This document shows, one piece after another, positions 10,787-21,100 of a stretch of DNA of 64,000 nt. Position 1 is the stretch's first letter; every line of letters begins with the position of its first letter. A program made the position numbers and the translations under genes. A model generated the notes under the pieces. That model was not told the origin of the DNA. It searched no databases and saw nothing but the letters and a program-made list of their open reading frames with translations. Source of the stretch: Deinococcales bacterium (GTDB lineage: Bacteria > Deinococcota > Deinococci > Deinococcales > JAAFIG01); contig JANNVX010000088.1 in NCBI GenBank assembly GCA_031414595.1, positions 224,001-288,000 on the forward strand. Reading direction: 5' to 3'.

Positions 10787-11048
10787 GGGTGCGTCTCAAG
10801 ATTGGGGGTTGCTAATAAATTAGCTCTCAGACAACCTCCTAAAAGCAAATCGAATCATCATCTGCTCTTACGACCCTCTCCCAACTCGCTTCTTGACCCC
10901 TACAGCAGCACCTTCGGGCTTGGGTCGCTTAGGCTCGTTACCCTCTCCCGCACGCGGGAGAGGGTCGTTGCGAGTTCACGAGCAACGGGGAGAGGGTGCT
11001 TGGAAGTCGTGGGTTTTCATTCTGTACCCCCAATTCTGAGATGCACCC
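10787..11048. mobile_element. 262-bp MITE-like non-autonomous element
   Basis: 23-bp terminal inverted repeats (20/23 match); flanking 8-bp direct repeat gagtaaga/gagcaaga; internal hairpin accctctcccgc-ac-gcgggagagggt. Confidence 0.75.
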
Positions 11049-11106
11049 GAGCAAGAGAGTAAGAAGCAAGTATTGGATACAGCCATGCAAATCGGTACAA
11101 TACCTT

Positions 11107-12045
11107 GTGATTAGGCTCAGCAATCAACAAAAACAAATGGCGGCTCGAGTCGCTTTGCTTGGTGGCTTATTGGTCTTTGCCTTAAAACTTCTTGGGGCTT
11201 GGCTGACTGGTTCGGTGGGGGTACTTTCTGATGCCTTAGAAAGCACCGTCAATATCGCGGCGGCGATTGTCACAGCTTGGGCAGTTGGGATTGCTTCGCG
11301 TCCGCCAGACAAAGACCATCCGTATGGGCATGATAAAGCCGAAAGCCTCTCGAGTCTGCTCGAGGCACTGCTGATTGGTGTGGCAGCAGCTTTGGTGATT
11401 ACCGCAGCCCTGAACCGCTTTTCTACGCCTAAAATACTTGAATTCTCGAGCCTTGGTTTTCTGGTCACGGTTTTTGCCAGTCTAATCAACTTTGCCTTGG
11501 GGCGTTACTTGGTTTCTGCCGGTCAGCGCTTGCAATCTCATGCTTTAGAAGCCGATGGGCAACATGTTTTGGCGGACGTGATTACCAGTGTCGGTGTTTT
11601 ACTCGGGGCGCTGCTTGCCACTTGGACACGGATTTCTTGGCTTGACCCTGCCTTGGCACTGGCGGTTGGTGGTTTGCTGCTTTTCACGGCGGCTCGTTTA
11701 GTCCAGCAAAATCTGAATTTACTGATGGATGCAGCCCTTGCGCCAAATGAATTGGCGAAATTAGAGGCGGTGCTTTTAGGGCAGAATCATCTTTACCTCG
11801 AGATTCATGATCTTCGCACCCGTTTATCTGGCTCGAGAAGATTTGTGGATTTTCATATGATTTTACCATCGAGCTTAAGTGTTCTCGAGGCGCATCAGCG
11901 TTGTGACCAACTCGAGAATCAAATTTTAGAGGCATTGCCCAATGCCAGTGTTACAATTCATGTTGAACCCGAGGAATTTTTGCTAGGTGAGTACCCAGAT
12001 ATGCAGATGGCAAAACGGGACAAAAACTCGAGTGCAACGTTGTAA
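11107..12045 (+). CDS. cation diffusion facilitator (FieF-like) transporter
   Basis: SDALES, PPDKDHPYGHDKAE, ADGQHVLADV, IHVEP; start inferred at GTG after TACAAT. Confidence 0.9.
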   Translation: MIRLSNQQKQMAARVALLGGLLVFALKLLGAWLTGSVGVLSDALESTVNIAAAIVTAWAVGIASRPPDKDHPYGHDKAESLSSLLEALLIGVAAALVITAALNRFSTPKILEFSSLGFLVTVFASLINFALGRYLVSAGQRLQSHALEADGQHVLADVITSVGVLLGALLATWTRISWLDPALALAVGGLLLFTAARLVQQNLNLLMDAALAPNELAKLEAVLLGQNHLYLEIHDLRTRLSGSRRFVDFHMILPSSLSVLEAHQRCDQLENQILEALPNASVTIHVEPEEFLLGEYPDMQMAKRDKNSSATL

Positions 12046-12054
12046 ACTTGTTTT

Positions 12055-12450
12055 ATGGAACGGATTTTGTTCTTCGATGGTGTCTGTAATCTTTGCAATG
12101 GCACAGTTCAGTGGGTGATTCGTCAAGATTCGCAACAAGCCATTCAATTTGCGGCACTGCAATCTGAAACCGCCAAATTAAAACTCAGTTCTTCAGGCAT
12201 TGATGTACAAAAACTCGAGAGTCTGGTTTTTCTCGAGGACGGCGTGGTTTATACCCATTCTGATGCCGCACTGCGTCTAGCTCGAGTCTTAGGTTCGCCG
12301 TGGTCGTGGGTCGGCATTTTTATCTATGTGCCGAAGTTTATCCGTGATACTGTCTACAGATTTATTGCTAAGAATCGTTATGCGTGGTTTGGTAAACAAG
12401 AATCGTGCCTGATGCCCACACCAGACCTAAAAAAGCGTTTTTTGACATGA
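12055..12450 (+). CDS. DCC1-like thiol-disulfide oxidoreductase (DUF393)
   Basis: FDGVCNLC, FAALQS, YRFIAKNRY.WFG. Confidence 0.9.
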   Translation: MERILFFDGVCNLCNGTVQWVIRQDSQQAIQFAALQSETAKLKLSSSGIDVQKLESLVFLEDGVVYTHSDAALRLARVLGSPWSWVGIFIYVPKFIRDTVYRFIAKNRYAWFGKQESCLMPTPDLKKRFLT

Positions 12451-13172
12451 GCCACCGCCCTTGGGAAGTCCCATCAAGTCCTCACGCGATGTACATGGAA
12501 TGGCATAATTTGCTCTTTGCCCATTGGGCAGTTAAACCAGCCCTACTCGAGCCGCTCATCCCCAAAGGTTTGTCGCTCGAGACCTATGATGGTTTTGCTT
12601 GGCTTGGGCTTGTGCCTTTTCAAATGCGTTACACCGCGCCTCGAAAATTCTTAAGTGTGCCGTTTATTTCGCATTTTGATGAATTGAACTTACGAACTTA
12701 CGTGACCGATGGTCAAAAACGGGGGGTCTGGTTTTTTTCGCTCGATTGTAACAATCTTTTGGCGGTTCGGGCGGCGCGGTTTGGTTTTCATTTGCCCTAC
12801 ATGGATGCCAAAATGCAAGTCTCGAATAGGGGAGATACAGTGGGGTATTCGAGTCTTCGTACCCATAAAAACGAGCCAAGCGCGGTTCTCGAGTGTTCGT
12901 ACCAACCCACAGGTGAAGTTTATTCTAGCCAAGAAGGTTCTTTTGAGCATTGGCTAACCGAGCGCTATTGTTTATACAGTGCCAATAAAGCTGGTCAAGT
13001 TTTCCGTGGAGAAATTGACCATCTGCCGTGGGCGTTGCAACCAGCCGAAGCTGAGTTTTTGAAAAATTCAATGGCAGAGGGGATTGGTGTTTCATTGGTT
13101 TCTAAACCTGAAGTTCTGCATTTTTCTAAAGAGATTCGGGTTAGGGCATGGTTACTCGAGAAATTGAAATAA
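12447..13172 (+). CDS. YqjF/DUF2071 family protein
   Basis: WHNLLFAHW, ELNLRTYV, GVWFFSLD, LTERYCLY. Confidence 0.9.
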   Translation: MSHRPWEVPSSPHAMYMEWHNLLFAHWAVKPALLEPLIPKGLSLETYDGFAWLGLVPFQMRYTAPRKFLSVPFISHFDELNLRTYVTDGQKRGVWFFSLDCNNLLAVRAARFGFHLPYMDAKMQVSNRGDTVGYSSLRTHKNEPSAVLECSYQPTGEVYSSQEGSFEHWLTERYCLYSANKAGQVFRGEIDHLPWALQPAEAEFLKNSMAEGIGVSLVSKPEVLHFSKEIRVRAWLLEKLK

Positions 13173-13175
13173 AAA

Positions 13176-13211
13176 TTTCACAAAATAGTTATAATCGTGA
13201 TTTATTGCACA
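13176..13211. promoter_or_regulatory. 36-bp conserved intergenic element, copy 1 (contains CGTGA-N6-GCACA)
   Basis: Aligns without gaps to 42216-42251 and 43358-43393. Confidence 0.6.
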
Positions 13212-13242
13212 TATAATACTATAGTGACTTAGCACATTTCTT

Positions 13243-14028
13243 TTAGACATCAACTCGAAAAATGGCGTATACCAAACCTTTTTCTGGAAATGTATCAACT
13301 AGGGCTGGCATTTTCTTACCGCTCTTAAACGGTAAATAACTTTCTTCTTCGATTGGTAAGCCTGTCTCGAGGGCAAGATAAGCTGGATGCTCCGCCGAAA
13401 AGATTGTGCCGTTAGAAAGCGTATATTTCATAGTTTCAGTTTTGGTGGCGAAACTAACCTCTAAACTCCGATTTGGCGTTTCGCCATCGTGTAGAATCTC
13501 GCGTCTTGTGGCATGTTTACCTTTGGCTCGTAAAACCGCCACAATAGCCGCTTCGGTGATTTGTTCTGCCATGACCACACAGGCGGCTGGTTTTGAAATC
13601 CCAAATTGCTGAACGATTTTTGCCAATGCCCGAGCGCTCTGCCCGTAACGTTTTAAGAGTAGCTCGAGTTCACTTGTCGGAACTAAAATTGCACTCGCGC
13701 CAATGTTACACAGCACTTCGATGTTTTCCTCGAGTTCGTCGCCTTGGTAGGCATCATGTAAGTCGGACAAAAATTCGTCATCTGCCAAAATTAAAAAATG
13801 TGTGACTTCGTGCGCCATCGTAAACCGTTGCCGTTCTGGACTGGACTTTTTAGACAAAAAAACGACATTGCGCTCTGGGTCAAAAGCACCATCTTTATCG
13901 CCAAGGTCGCCATACTCGAGACGAACGCCAATTGCATTGGCGAGGTCGAGTGGTTCTCTGGCATTGTAAATTTCCACAAAGTGAGTTGCTAATTCTCGGA
14001 CTTTATGTTTATGTTGAATTTGCAGCAT
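13243..14028 (-). CDS. irrE: IrrE/PprI metalloprotease
   Basis: ERQRFTMAHEVTH (HExxH), DDEFLSDLHDAYQGDELE..IEVLCNIGASAILVP and a C-terminal region with LPFKSGKKMPA resemble Deinococcus IrrE; TAAAAT shortly before ATG 14028. Confidence 0.88.
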   Translation of the reverse strand: MLQIQHKHKVRELATHFVEIYNAREPLDLANAIGVRLEYGDLGDKDGAFDPERNVVFLSKKSSPERQRFTMAHEVTHFLILADDEFLSDLHDAYQGDELEENIEVLCNIGASAILVPTSELELLLKRYGQSARALAKIVQQFGISKPAACVVMAEQITEAAIVAVLRAKGKHATRREILHDGETPNRSLEVSFATKTETMKYTLSNGTIFSAEHPAYLALETGLPIEEESYLPFKSGKKMPALVDTFPEKGLVYAIFRVDV

Positions 14029-14153
14029 TGACTTCATTTTAGCCTGCTGGGTACAATAAATTCTATAGAAGCGTTTCCAAACTGGTCGTAACTCAAGATT
14101 GAAGTGCAATGCACAATGCACAAAGTTAGAATTAAATCTGCAACAATGTTTTC

Positions 14154-15191
14154 GTGGAAAAACCAACCGCAATAGACGTACTGATTGTAGGGGCTGGACT
14201 GGCTGGCTTAGCGGCTGGGCGCAGTTTAACCCGAGCAGGATTTTCGGTACGCATTCTCGAGAAATCCCGAGGGGTGGCTGGACGGGCTGCTACAAAACGT
14301 CTGGCAAGTGGGGCAATTGCCGACTATGGCGCACCATTTTTTACCGTCCGCAATGAACCATTGCGCTCATTTATTCAAACTTTAGAACCCCAAAACTTCA
14401 TTCATGTTTGGCAATATGGAATGCAGAACTGGGATTGCGGAATCCTCGAGGGTAGCTTGGACGGGTATCCGCGTTATGTGGCAAAAGGTGGCATCACCAC
14501 CCTAGGTAAAGTCTTACGAGACGGGGAAACCTCTGAAGCACCGCTCGAGATTATTCAAAACGCTTTGGTCAGTGCGGTTTGGAATAACCATTTTGGCTAC
14601 CGAGCCGTCCTCGAGAATGGTGATATTCACACCGCCAGAGCCGTACTGGTCAATACTCCAGCGCCACAAGCCCTCGCTTTAACCCGTGCCATTTTAGAAT
14701 CCCCAACTTATCTTGCGCTCGAGCGGGTTAGATTTGCACCTTGCTGGGCTGTGATTTTGGCACTCAAAAACCCACCAATCCTAAATTGGCAAGCCTTACG
14801 CTTACAACACCCAGTTTTATCTTGGGTCAGTTTAGAGCAAACCAAACGCGGTGGCGAAGCTGTGCTAGTCGTTCATGCCAATCCAAAATGGAGTCAGGAC
14901 AATCTCGAGAGTAGCCCAGATTTGATTCAAGTCCCTTTATTAAAAGCCATTAAAGAGGTCTTAGGGCAGAAGCTCGAGGTCACAGAAATAATTGTCCATC
15001 GTTGGCGCTACGCCCAAGCTGTTCAACCACACACCGACACCTTTATTGCCCAAGAAAACTTGATTTTTTGTGGTGATTGGTGTGCGCCGCAAGGAAACCC
15101 CAGAATCGAAACTGCTTTTGAGAGCGGTTGGGCGGCTGCTAAGCAGTTAACCAAGCAACTCGAGCAGCCATTAGAACAGATTTTGGCTTAG
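14154..15191 (+). CDS. renalase-like FAD-dependent oxidoreductase
   Basis: GAGLAG, EKSRGVAGRAATKR, DYGAPFFT, HRWRYA, CGDW. Confidence 0.88.
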   Translation: MEKPTAIDVLIVGAGLAGLAAGRSLTRAGFSVRILEKSRGVAGRAATKRLASGAIADYGAPFFTVRNEPLRSFIQTLEPQNFIHVWQYGMQNWDCGILEGSLDGYPRYVAKGGITTLGKVLRDGETSEAPLEIIQNALVSAVWNNHFGYRAVLENGDIHTARAVLVNTPAPQALALTRAILESPTYLALERVRFAPCWAVILALKNPPILNWQALRLQHPVLSWVSLEQTKRGGEAVLVVHANPKWSQDNLESSPDLIQVPLLKAIKEVLGQKLEVTEIIVHRWRYAQAVQPHTDTFIAQENLIFCGDWCAPQGNPRIETAFESGWAAAKQLTKQLEQPLEQILA

Positions 15192-15200
15192 AATAGAGCC

Positions 15201-15998
15201 GTGAAAAGGTTTCTGGTGCTGATGCTCTTATTTGTCTCGAGCGTGGCATTGAGTGCCGTTCCAGACGATGTTTGGCTGGCGATGGTCTTAAAGGATTCTG
15301 ACACCATCATGTTTGATTTGCAAAAAGTGGCTGACTTAAACCAAGGCAGTTTTGTGGCAGATGCGGCTCGCGCCACACTGCGTTTTGAAAAACGAATCAC
15401 CTATTTATTCCCCAATAGTTTTGATGTGATTGTGGATGGTCAGGATATTCGCTTAAATGCGGCGGTGCTGCTGCAAAATAAGCGTTGGCTTGCGCCGCGT
15501 GTGCTGCTCGAGGCACTGCAACTCAAAGCCCCTACTCCAGAGCCAATAGCAAATCCTGTTCAGAACTTTGAATTACCGTGGGAAGAACTCGAGCTAAAGG
15601 CAGGGGTGCGTGGGCTGCATCTTTTTTACACTTCCGAATTTAACTCAGTAGACGATGCCAGTATATTCCTGATGCCTTTTGAACAAGTTGCCAATCTCGA
15701 GAAGGGTTTACAAACCAATGTCCAAAAAGTGCTGGCGAACCTGAATCTTGAACGTACAGGCAAAATACTGTATTTCTCGGTTGCCCTCGAGCCGGGCAGT
15801 AATCCAGTCAATCAACTCGAGTTTATCCAAGGCGCAACCCGTTACAGTGTCGAGAACGGGGCGGGTTTATACAGTTTTTCGGGGACATTCCCAAAAGCCA
15901 GTCTAGGAGCGGTCAAGCTCCCAACCAGTTTTGATTTGCGTTTGCCTGTCCGGGTCACTTGGGGTGAATCCAGTGCCGATTATGTGTTTATTCGTTAG
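15201..15998 (+). CDS. secreted hypothetical protein
   Basis: Signal peptide; TAGAAT 6 nt before GTG. Confidence 0.75.
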   Translation: MKRFLVLMLLFVSSVALSAVPDDVWLAMVLKDSDTIMFDLQKVADLNQGSFVADAARATLRFEKRITYLFPNSFDVIVDGQDIRLNAAVLLQNKRWLAPRVLLEALQLKAPTPEPIANPVQNFELPWEELELKAGVRGLHLFYTSEFNSVDDASIFLMPFEQVANLEKGLQTNVQKVLANLNLERTGKILYFSVALEPGSNPVNQLEFIQGATRYSVENGAGLYSFSGTFPKASLGAVKLPTSFDLRLPVRVTWGESSADYVFIR

Positions 15999-16001
15999 GG
16001 G

Positions 16002-16094
16002 TGGATGATGGGCAAGGCGTGGCAGCATTTTCGCGCCCCAGATGGGAATGTCTATGAGATTATTGGTCTGGATGACCTCGCAAAAGACACCTGA
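16002..16094 (+). pseudogene. C-terminal remnant of a VOC/glyoxalase family gene
   Basis: Reads WMMGKAWQHFRAPDGNVYEIIGLDDLAKDT*; FRAPDGNVYEI is a VOC C-terminal motif. Confidence 0.65.
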
Positions 16095-16103
16095 AAATGG
16101 TTG

Positions 16104-16137
16104 TGTTACGCTAACTGTAACGCTGTATCTTTAGATT
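16104..16137 (+). promoter_or_regulatory. candidate STAND/SARP-activated promoter of the lipoprotein gene
   Basis: TGTTACGC and TGTAACGC (12-bp period), 8-bp spacer, TAGATT. Confidence 0.45.
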
Positions 16138-16173
16138 GCTTTCATACTCGAGGCTCGGGTACTTGGAGGCTTT

Positions 16174-17853
16174 ATGAAAAGACTTGGGATATTCGGGATA
16201 CTTCTTTCGGCAGCGTTGGTGGCGTGTCCACAACCAGCCCCAACCATCGGTGCAACAGGTGGCACAGTCACCTCGAGTAACAGTGTTGCCAGTCTGACTT
16301 TTCCAGCAGGCGCATTAACCGTAGACACAGCCGTAACCATCTCCGAGAATACCAGTCCACCAGCCGTACCAAGCAACCAAAAAATTATCGTTGATAAAAC
16401 CTTTACGGTAGCGGGTGGCACAGGAAACTTTGCCAGTGCTGCCAGCCTTAAAATCAAACTCGAGCCGAGCGAAATTGCTGCCCTTGGTTTTGGTTTGCGA
16501 CCCCAAGCCCTTATTTCTCAGGTTGTGGCACTGCAACTTGGCGGCACAACTTGGACAACCATTACTTACACCTTTGACACAAGCACCAACACCGTGACCA
16601 TCAGTATTTCGGGGTACGGTACATACACTTTGGTTATCCCAAACACGCCACCAGCCGCCACACTCTCGAGTATTGCCCTGAGTTGTAATCCAACCAGCAT
16701 TGCCGTAACCGCTACCAGCACTTGTAACGCGGTTGGTAAGGACTCGAGCGGTACGGCATTAGCTATACAACCGACCTTTAGCTTTGCCTCGAGCGACACG
16801 GCTAAAGCAACAGTCTCGAGTGCTGGGGTTGTGATGGGTGTGGCGGCTGGCTCGAGCAACATTACTGCCAGCAGTGGTGGAATCACTTCTAATGTTGTGG
16901 TGGTTACGGTCACGGCAGCGCCGAGTGGTAGCGGTGTGACGTTTATTTCCACCAACCCGAACGCTCGAGGTAAAGCAATCAGCCCCACTGGGCGTGTCTT
17001 CTTTACAGCCGTAGATACTCAAGTGACAGGAAATTCATCTGGGTTTGTCTACAATGGTACATCGTCCACAGCTTTACCTGCACTGCCAAGCGGTTACATT
17101 GGCGTTTCGACTGATTTGTACGCATATAGTCCGTGCATCAATTCAAATGGCGATGTTGCCTTTACTGCTTTCAAGACAGGGCGAATCAATCACGCTTTGT
17201 TCTATGACAAAACTGCCAATAGTGTTAGCGAAATTCCGTTCGGCGATGAGAATTTTGTTTTTGGCTGCAATGATTCAAAACAAGTTGTGGCGGCCAACTT
17301 TAATTCTGGTCAGAAGACACATTTCAAATGGCAAGCCAATGATGCCAGTGCGACTCAACTTTCACGGCTTTCACCAAGCAGTATTAGCGGATATAGAGCG
17401 TTTGGTATGAACAATTCAGGAACAATTCTTTTCCCAGACGGAATTTTGAAAGGTATAACTTTTAGCCCACTTCCTAAAACTTTTACCTTTGGTGCAGGTC
17501 TGACCAACGCTGGAACGGTTTACGGCGTAGACAATCAGCAATTGGTTAAATGGAACGAGGGCGACGCGGCGGTCACATCACTTGGTACAGTACCAGGATC
17601 AATTCAAGACCAAGACATGAGGCTTCTTGATGTCAACAATAATGGCGATGTCCTGCTCAGGGTCACTGGCATGGCTTCAAGCACCGACTATCAGTATTGG
17701 CTCTACAAAAACGGTGTGTACACCCGAATTACTGTTCCAAACTACACCATTCTCGAGGTCATTGGTATCAGCGATACTGGGTCAGTCCTAGCAAACGTCT
17801 ACAATTCCGAGAATTTTGGGGCTAATTACCGCGTCGCACTGATTCAACCCTAA
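16174..17853 (+). CDS. surface lipoprotein with ZU5-like and Ig-like (Big_2) domains and a beta-propeller-like C-terminus
   Basis: Lipobox LVAC; SSDTAKATVSSAGVVMGVAAG; repeats INSNGDV/MNNSGTI/VNNNGDV; RBS GGAGG. Confidence 0.8.
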   Translation: MKRLGIFGILLSAALVACPQPAPTIGATGGTVTSSNSVASLTFPAGALTVDTAVTISENTSPPAVPSNQKIIVDKTFTVAGGTGNFASAASLKIKLEPSEIAALGFGLRPQALISQVVALQLGGTTWTTITYTFDTSTNTVTISISGYGTYTLVIPNTPPAATLSSIALSCNPTSIAVTATSTCNAVGKDSSGTALAIQPTFSFASSDTAKATVSSAGVVMGVAAGSSNITASSGGITSNVVVVTVTAAPSGSGVTFISTNPNARGKAISPTGRVFFTAVDTQVTGNSSGFVYNGTSSTALPALPSGYIGVSTDLYAYSPCINSNGDVAFTAFKTGRINHALFYDKTANSVSEIPFGDENFVFGCNDSKQVVAANFNSGQKTHFKWQANDASATQLSRLSPSSISGYRAFGMNNSGTILFPDGILKGITFSPLPKTFTFGAGLTNAGTVYGVDNQQLVKWNEGDAAVTSLGTVPGSIQDQDMRLLDVNNNGDVLLRVTGMASSTDYQYWLYKNGVYTRITVPNYTILEVIGISDTGSVLANVYNSENFGANYRVALIQP

Positions 17854-17876
17854 AGTCTACCCATTACCTTTTATCG

Positions 17877-17903
17877 GCTCGAGCCAAAGCATTTGGCTCA
17901 AGC
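17877..17903 (+). terminator. stem-loop after the lipoprotein gene
   Basis: gctcgagccaaa-gca-tttggctcaagc. Confidence 0.55.
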
Positions 17904-17924
17904 TATTCAAAATTGGAGGAATGT

Positions 17925-18092
17925 ATGAATCATTTCGTTAAAAGTACCATCACTTTGGTGTCTTGTGGTGGCAGTGCCAACTCGAGAACCAATTATAAAG
18001 TTGGGGATTTCCCAATGCGAGCCAGCGAAATCTCGAGAATAGGCTTGATGTTCAAAACAAGGTTAGGTCTCGAGTACGCCTTTATAAATTGA
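17925..18092 (+). pseudogene. small ORF or degraded lipoprotein gene
   Basis: Strong RBS GGAGG; MNHFVKSTITLVSCGG has a lipobox but only a short hydrophobic stretch; 55 aa. Confidence 0.4.
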
Positions 18093-18172
18093 GTCGAGTG
18101 GTTGCTTAAAATTGGCGCATGGCATGGTGAGTATCGTACAGCAATTTCTTTTTTTGCGGTACAATCTGACGT

Positions 18173-21100
18173 ATGACTTTGAGGGGTATTGCGGCTGATT
18201 TGCAGGTTGCCTTGGCTGTGGCTCAGGCTAATAACGCACAAGTCGTTTTGCTCGAGGGTGCGGCTGGGCTTGGTAAAAGTCATGCCATGCGCGACTTGGC
18301 AAGTGCTGTCAAATCTGGCATGGTGCTTTCGTGTTCCTCCGATGGCTGGTTGGCGGCGGCGTTGCGGGCTTCTTTTGCGGCGCTTCAATCCGAACGCGAC
18401 CCCGCCTTTCTCGAGGCAGCCCGTCGGCTTGTACCAGAACTGCCTTGGGCGCGGGTGGCGCAAGCGGTGGTTCTACCAGACCAACTGACCTTATGGAATG
18501 CGCTGGCACTGGCGTTTGAACGTCTCGCCAAGCGGGTCGGCGGTTTGGTTTGGCTGCTCGAGGATGCCCATGAGGTCAGTGCCGCAGATTTGGCTGGAAT
18601 TCGGGCGTTGTACCGTCGGGCGCTCTTGGGGGCTGCGCCGATGCTATTTGTGATTTCGGCTCGTCCAACCGAAATTGATTTTTTGGATGGCTTTATTCAA
18701 GATTCGGTACTGCTCGAGGAGGCGGTTCTTCCTAGGCGCTTGGTTTTAGCACCACTCGACCAAACTGGTTTGGAGGCTTTGTTACAAAGTGCTTTGCACA
18801 GTGCGGCTGTTCCCGAAACTCTTGGCACTTGGCTGATGGCTCGAGCCGAAGGTCATCCGCTTTACACCCTTGAGTTGCTGCGTTTTTTGCAAGATGGTGG
18901 GGCGCTGCAAGATTTGGGTCTGACTTGGTTTTTTGACCCACCCAAGGGCAAGGGCTTACCAAAGAATCTCGAGGCGGTGCTGTTGGCGCGAGTTGCCATA
19001 GCCAAGCGTGAAATAAAACTTTGGTTGGTACTTTCAGCAATTTGTGTTTTGAATCGCCAAGCCAGTTTATCCGAAATAATACAAATCACGACCCTGACTG
19101 CTATAGATGTCTTAGAAATCGCCACTCGGCTCGAGTACCTTGGTTTGCTGCGTGAAGAACTCAAATCGGGTCAGACGGTCTACGCGGTGGCGCATCCCTT
19201 ATTTTTGTCGTTGGTACGGGCGCAACTCGAGAGCGCAAAATTACAAGAACTGCATCAAAAAATAATGGGTGTGGTTCTATCGGTTATTGAAAAAGCCCAC
19301 CATGCAAGGGCAGCCCAGCATCCGCAAGCCAGCCAGTGGTCGGCGCTGGCACTCGAGCAAGCAAGTGCGGTTTATGATTATCAGCAAGTCGTAACCGAAG
19401 CCCAGTTTTTACTGACACTGACCCACAAAAAAGACCCAAAGGTTTTTCTGGCATATCTGGCGGCGTTGCGTGAATTGGGTCAAGCAGAAACCATTCTCGA
19501 GGTCACAAAAGACGATGATTCTGCCGAAGTTGCCTTGTACCGCGTTTACGCCCTTGATTATGTAGGGCAAAGGGAAGCAGCCTTTGAAAGTGCCAACCAA
19601 GGATTTTTGCAATACCCAGAGCCGATTCGCAGTCGTATTGGTTTTCATTTGGCACGAATGCACACGAATAAAGGGCAGTTTTCGCAAGCCGCAGAAATTC
19701 TCAACAGCCTTGAGCCAGCCGACGAGACCGATAAGACCTTACTTTTAATCGAATGGCAGCGTTTGTATTACTATCAAAGTGACCTTAAAAAACAACTTGA
19801 AATTCTCGAGCAAGCCGAAATTTCTGCCAGGAAATGCCCAACGCCACGCCACTTAATGATTATTTTAAGCAAAAAAGGAATTGCCCTGACCCAAAGCGCC
19901 AACCATTTGCAAGCCGAAGCGTTGATGCAAGAAGCCTTACATCTGACTAAGGAATTTGGTTCAGTCGAGCGTTTAGCCGAAATGTACAATGATTTGGGTG
20001 TGGCTTATCTGATGCAAGGCAATTATCCAAAAGCCAGTCAGATGTTTCGTGCAGGTTTGCGTTATGCCCAAGCCACAAAAAACCGTATGCAAATCGCGGC
20101 GGCGTATTATATGGCAAGTTCACCAGAGTTCGCCATGCTCAGATTAGATTCAGGTCGGGATTTTATTCAAAAAAGTATCGAATTATTTCAAGAAGCCAAT
20201 TACCCTGTACAAGCTGGCAATGCCCGTTTTTTTCAGGCTTACCTCGAGTCAGTTCAGGGCAATACCGAGTTTGTTCATACCTTTTTTAACTCCGAACTTG
20301 CCAAAGCACCCGAAAAGCTCTATAGCTGGCATTCCCAAGCAGGGGAAATGCACCTCAACCTTGGCGAATTTTCTCAAGCACTCGAGTTCTATTCCCAAGT
20401 TCAAACCTCAACTTACCCACCTGATGGCTTAGCCGAACATCATCACCGATTAGCAATTGTCTACTTGGGAGTAGGGCAACTGCAAATTGCTCTCAAGCAA
20501 AGTCAATTGGCACAAGAACAGGGTGCTTCGATGAATAATCCGTGCTTAAAAGCCGAAATGCGCCTAGGGATAGCCATTATTTACTGGTTTCTCGAGCAAT
20601 CAGAACTGGCGCAAAAAATCGGCAAAGAAGCCTTGGCGGTTTTACAAACCAATCAAGCACTCGGACACGCTGTAGTCTACGAGCGGTTATTCCCAAATGC
20701 TGTGCAGTCGTTTCAAGCACCCAAGATGAATACCGAAAATACACCTGTTCATTCGTACCTTCGTACTTTTGGCGGATTTGGTTTAGAAAGCCAAGGACAG
20801 TCCAGTCCGTGGCGAGCCTCAAAAGTCCGCGATTTACTGGCGGTCTTATTGGTTGCTTATTTAAGCCAAGACGGACCAAGTATTTCTAAAGCACAACTGA
20901 TAGATGCTATTTGGCAAGGCGAAAGCCCTGAATCCAGCGAAGGTAAATTTCGAGTCAGCATTAAACGCTTACGCGATGCCCTTGGCGATGCGGCAACCAT
21001 CCATAACCAATACGGCGTTTACGAATTACAAAACCTTAAAGCCGATGTGGTGTATTTCTTAACTGCCCTCGAGAATTTGGATTTTGATGCGGCTTTGGGC

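Noticed and set aside
10802-11123. Short ORFs over the MITE and the long N-terminus of the CDF ORF
   Set aside because: They are read through inverted repeats and have no protein motif
16106-16120. TTACG-N5-TGTAA as an RDRM (DdrO) site
   Set aside because: 15 bp rather than the 17-bp RDRM spacing
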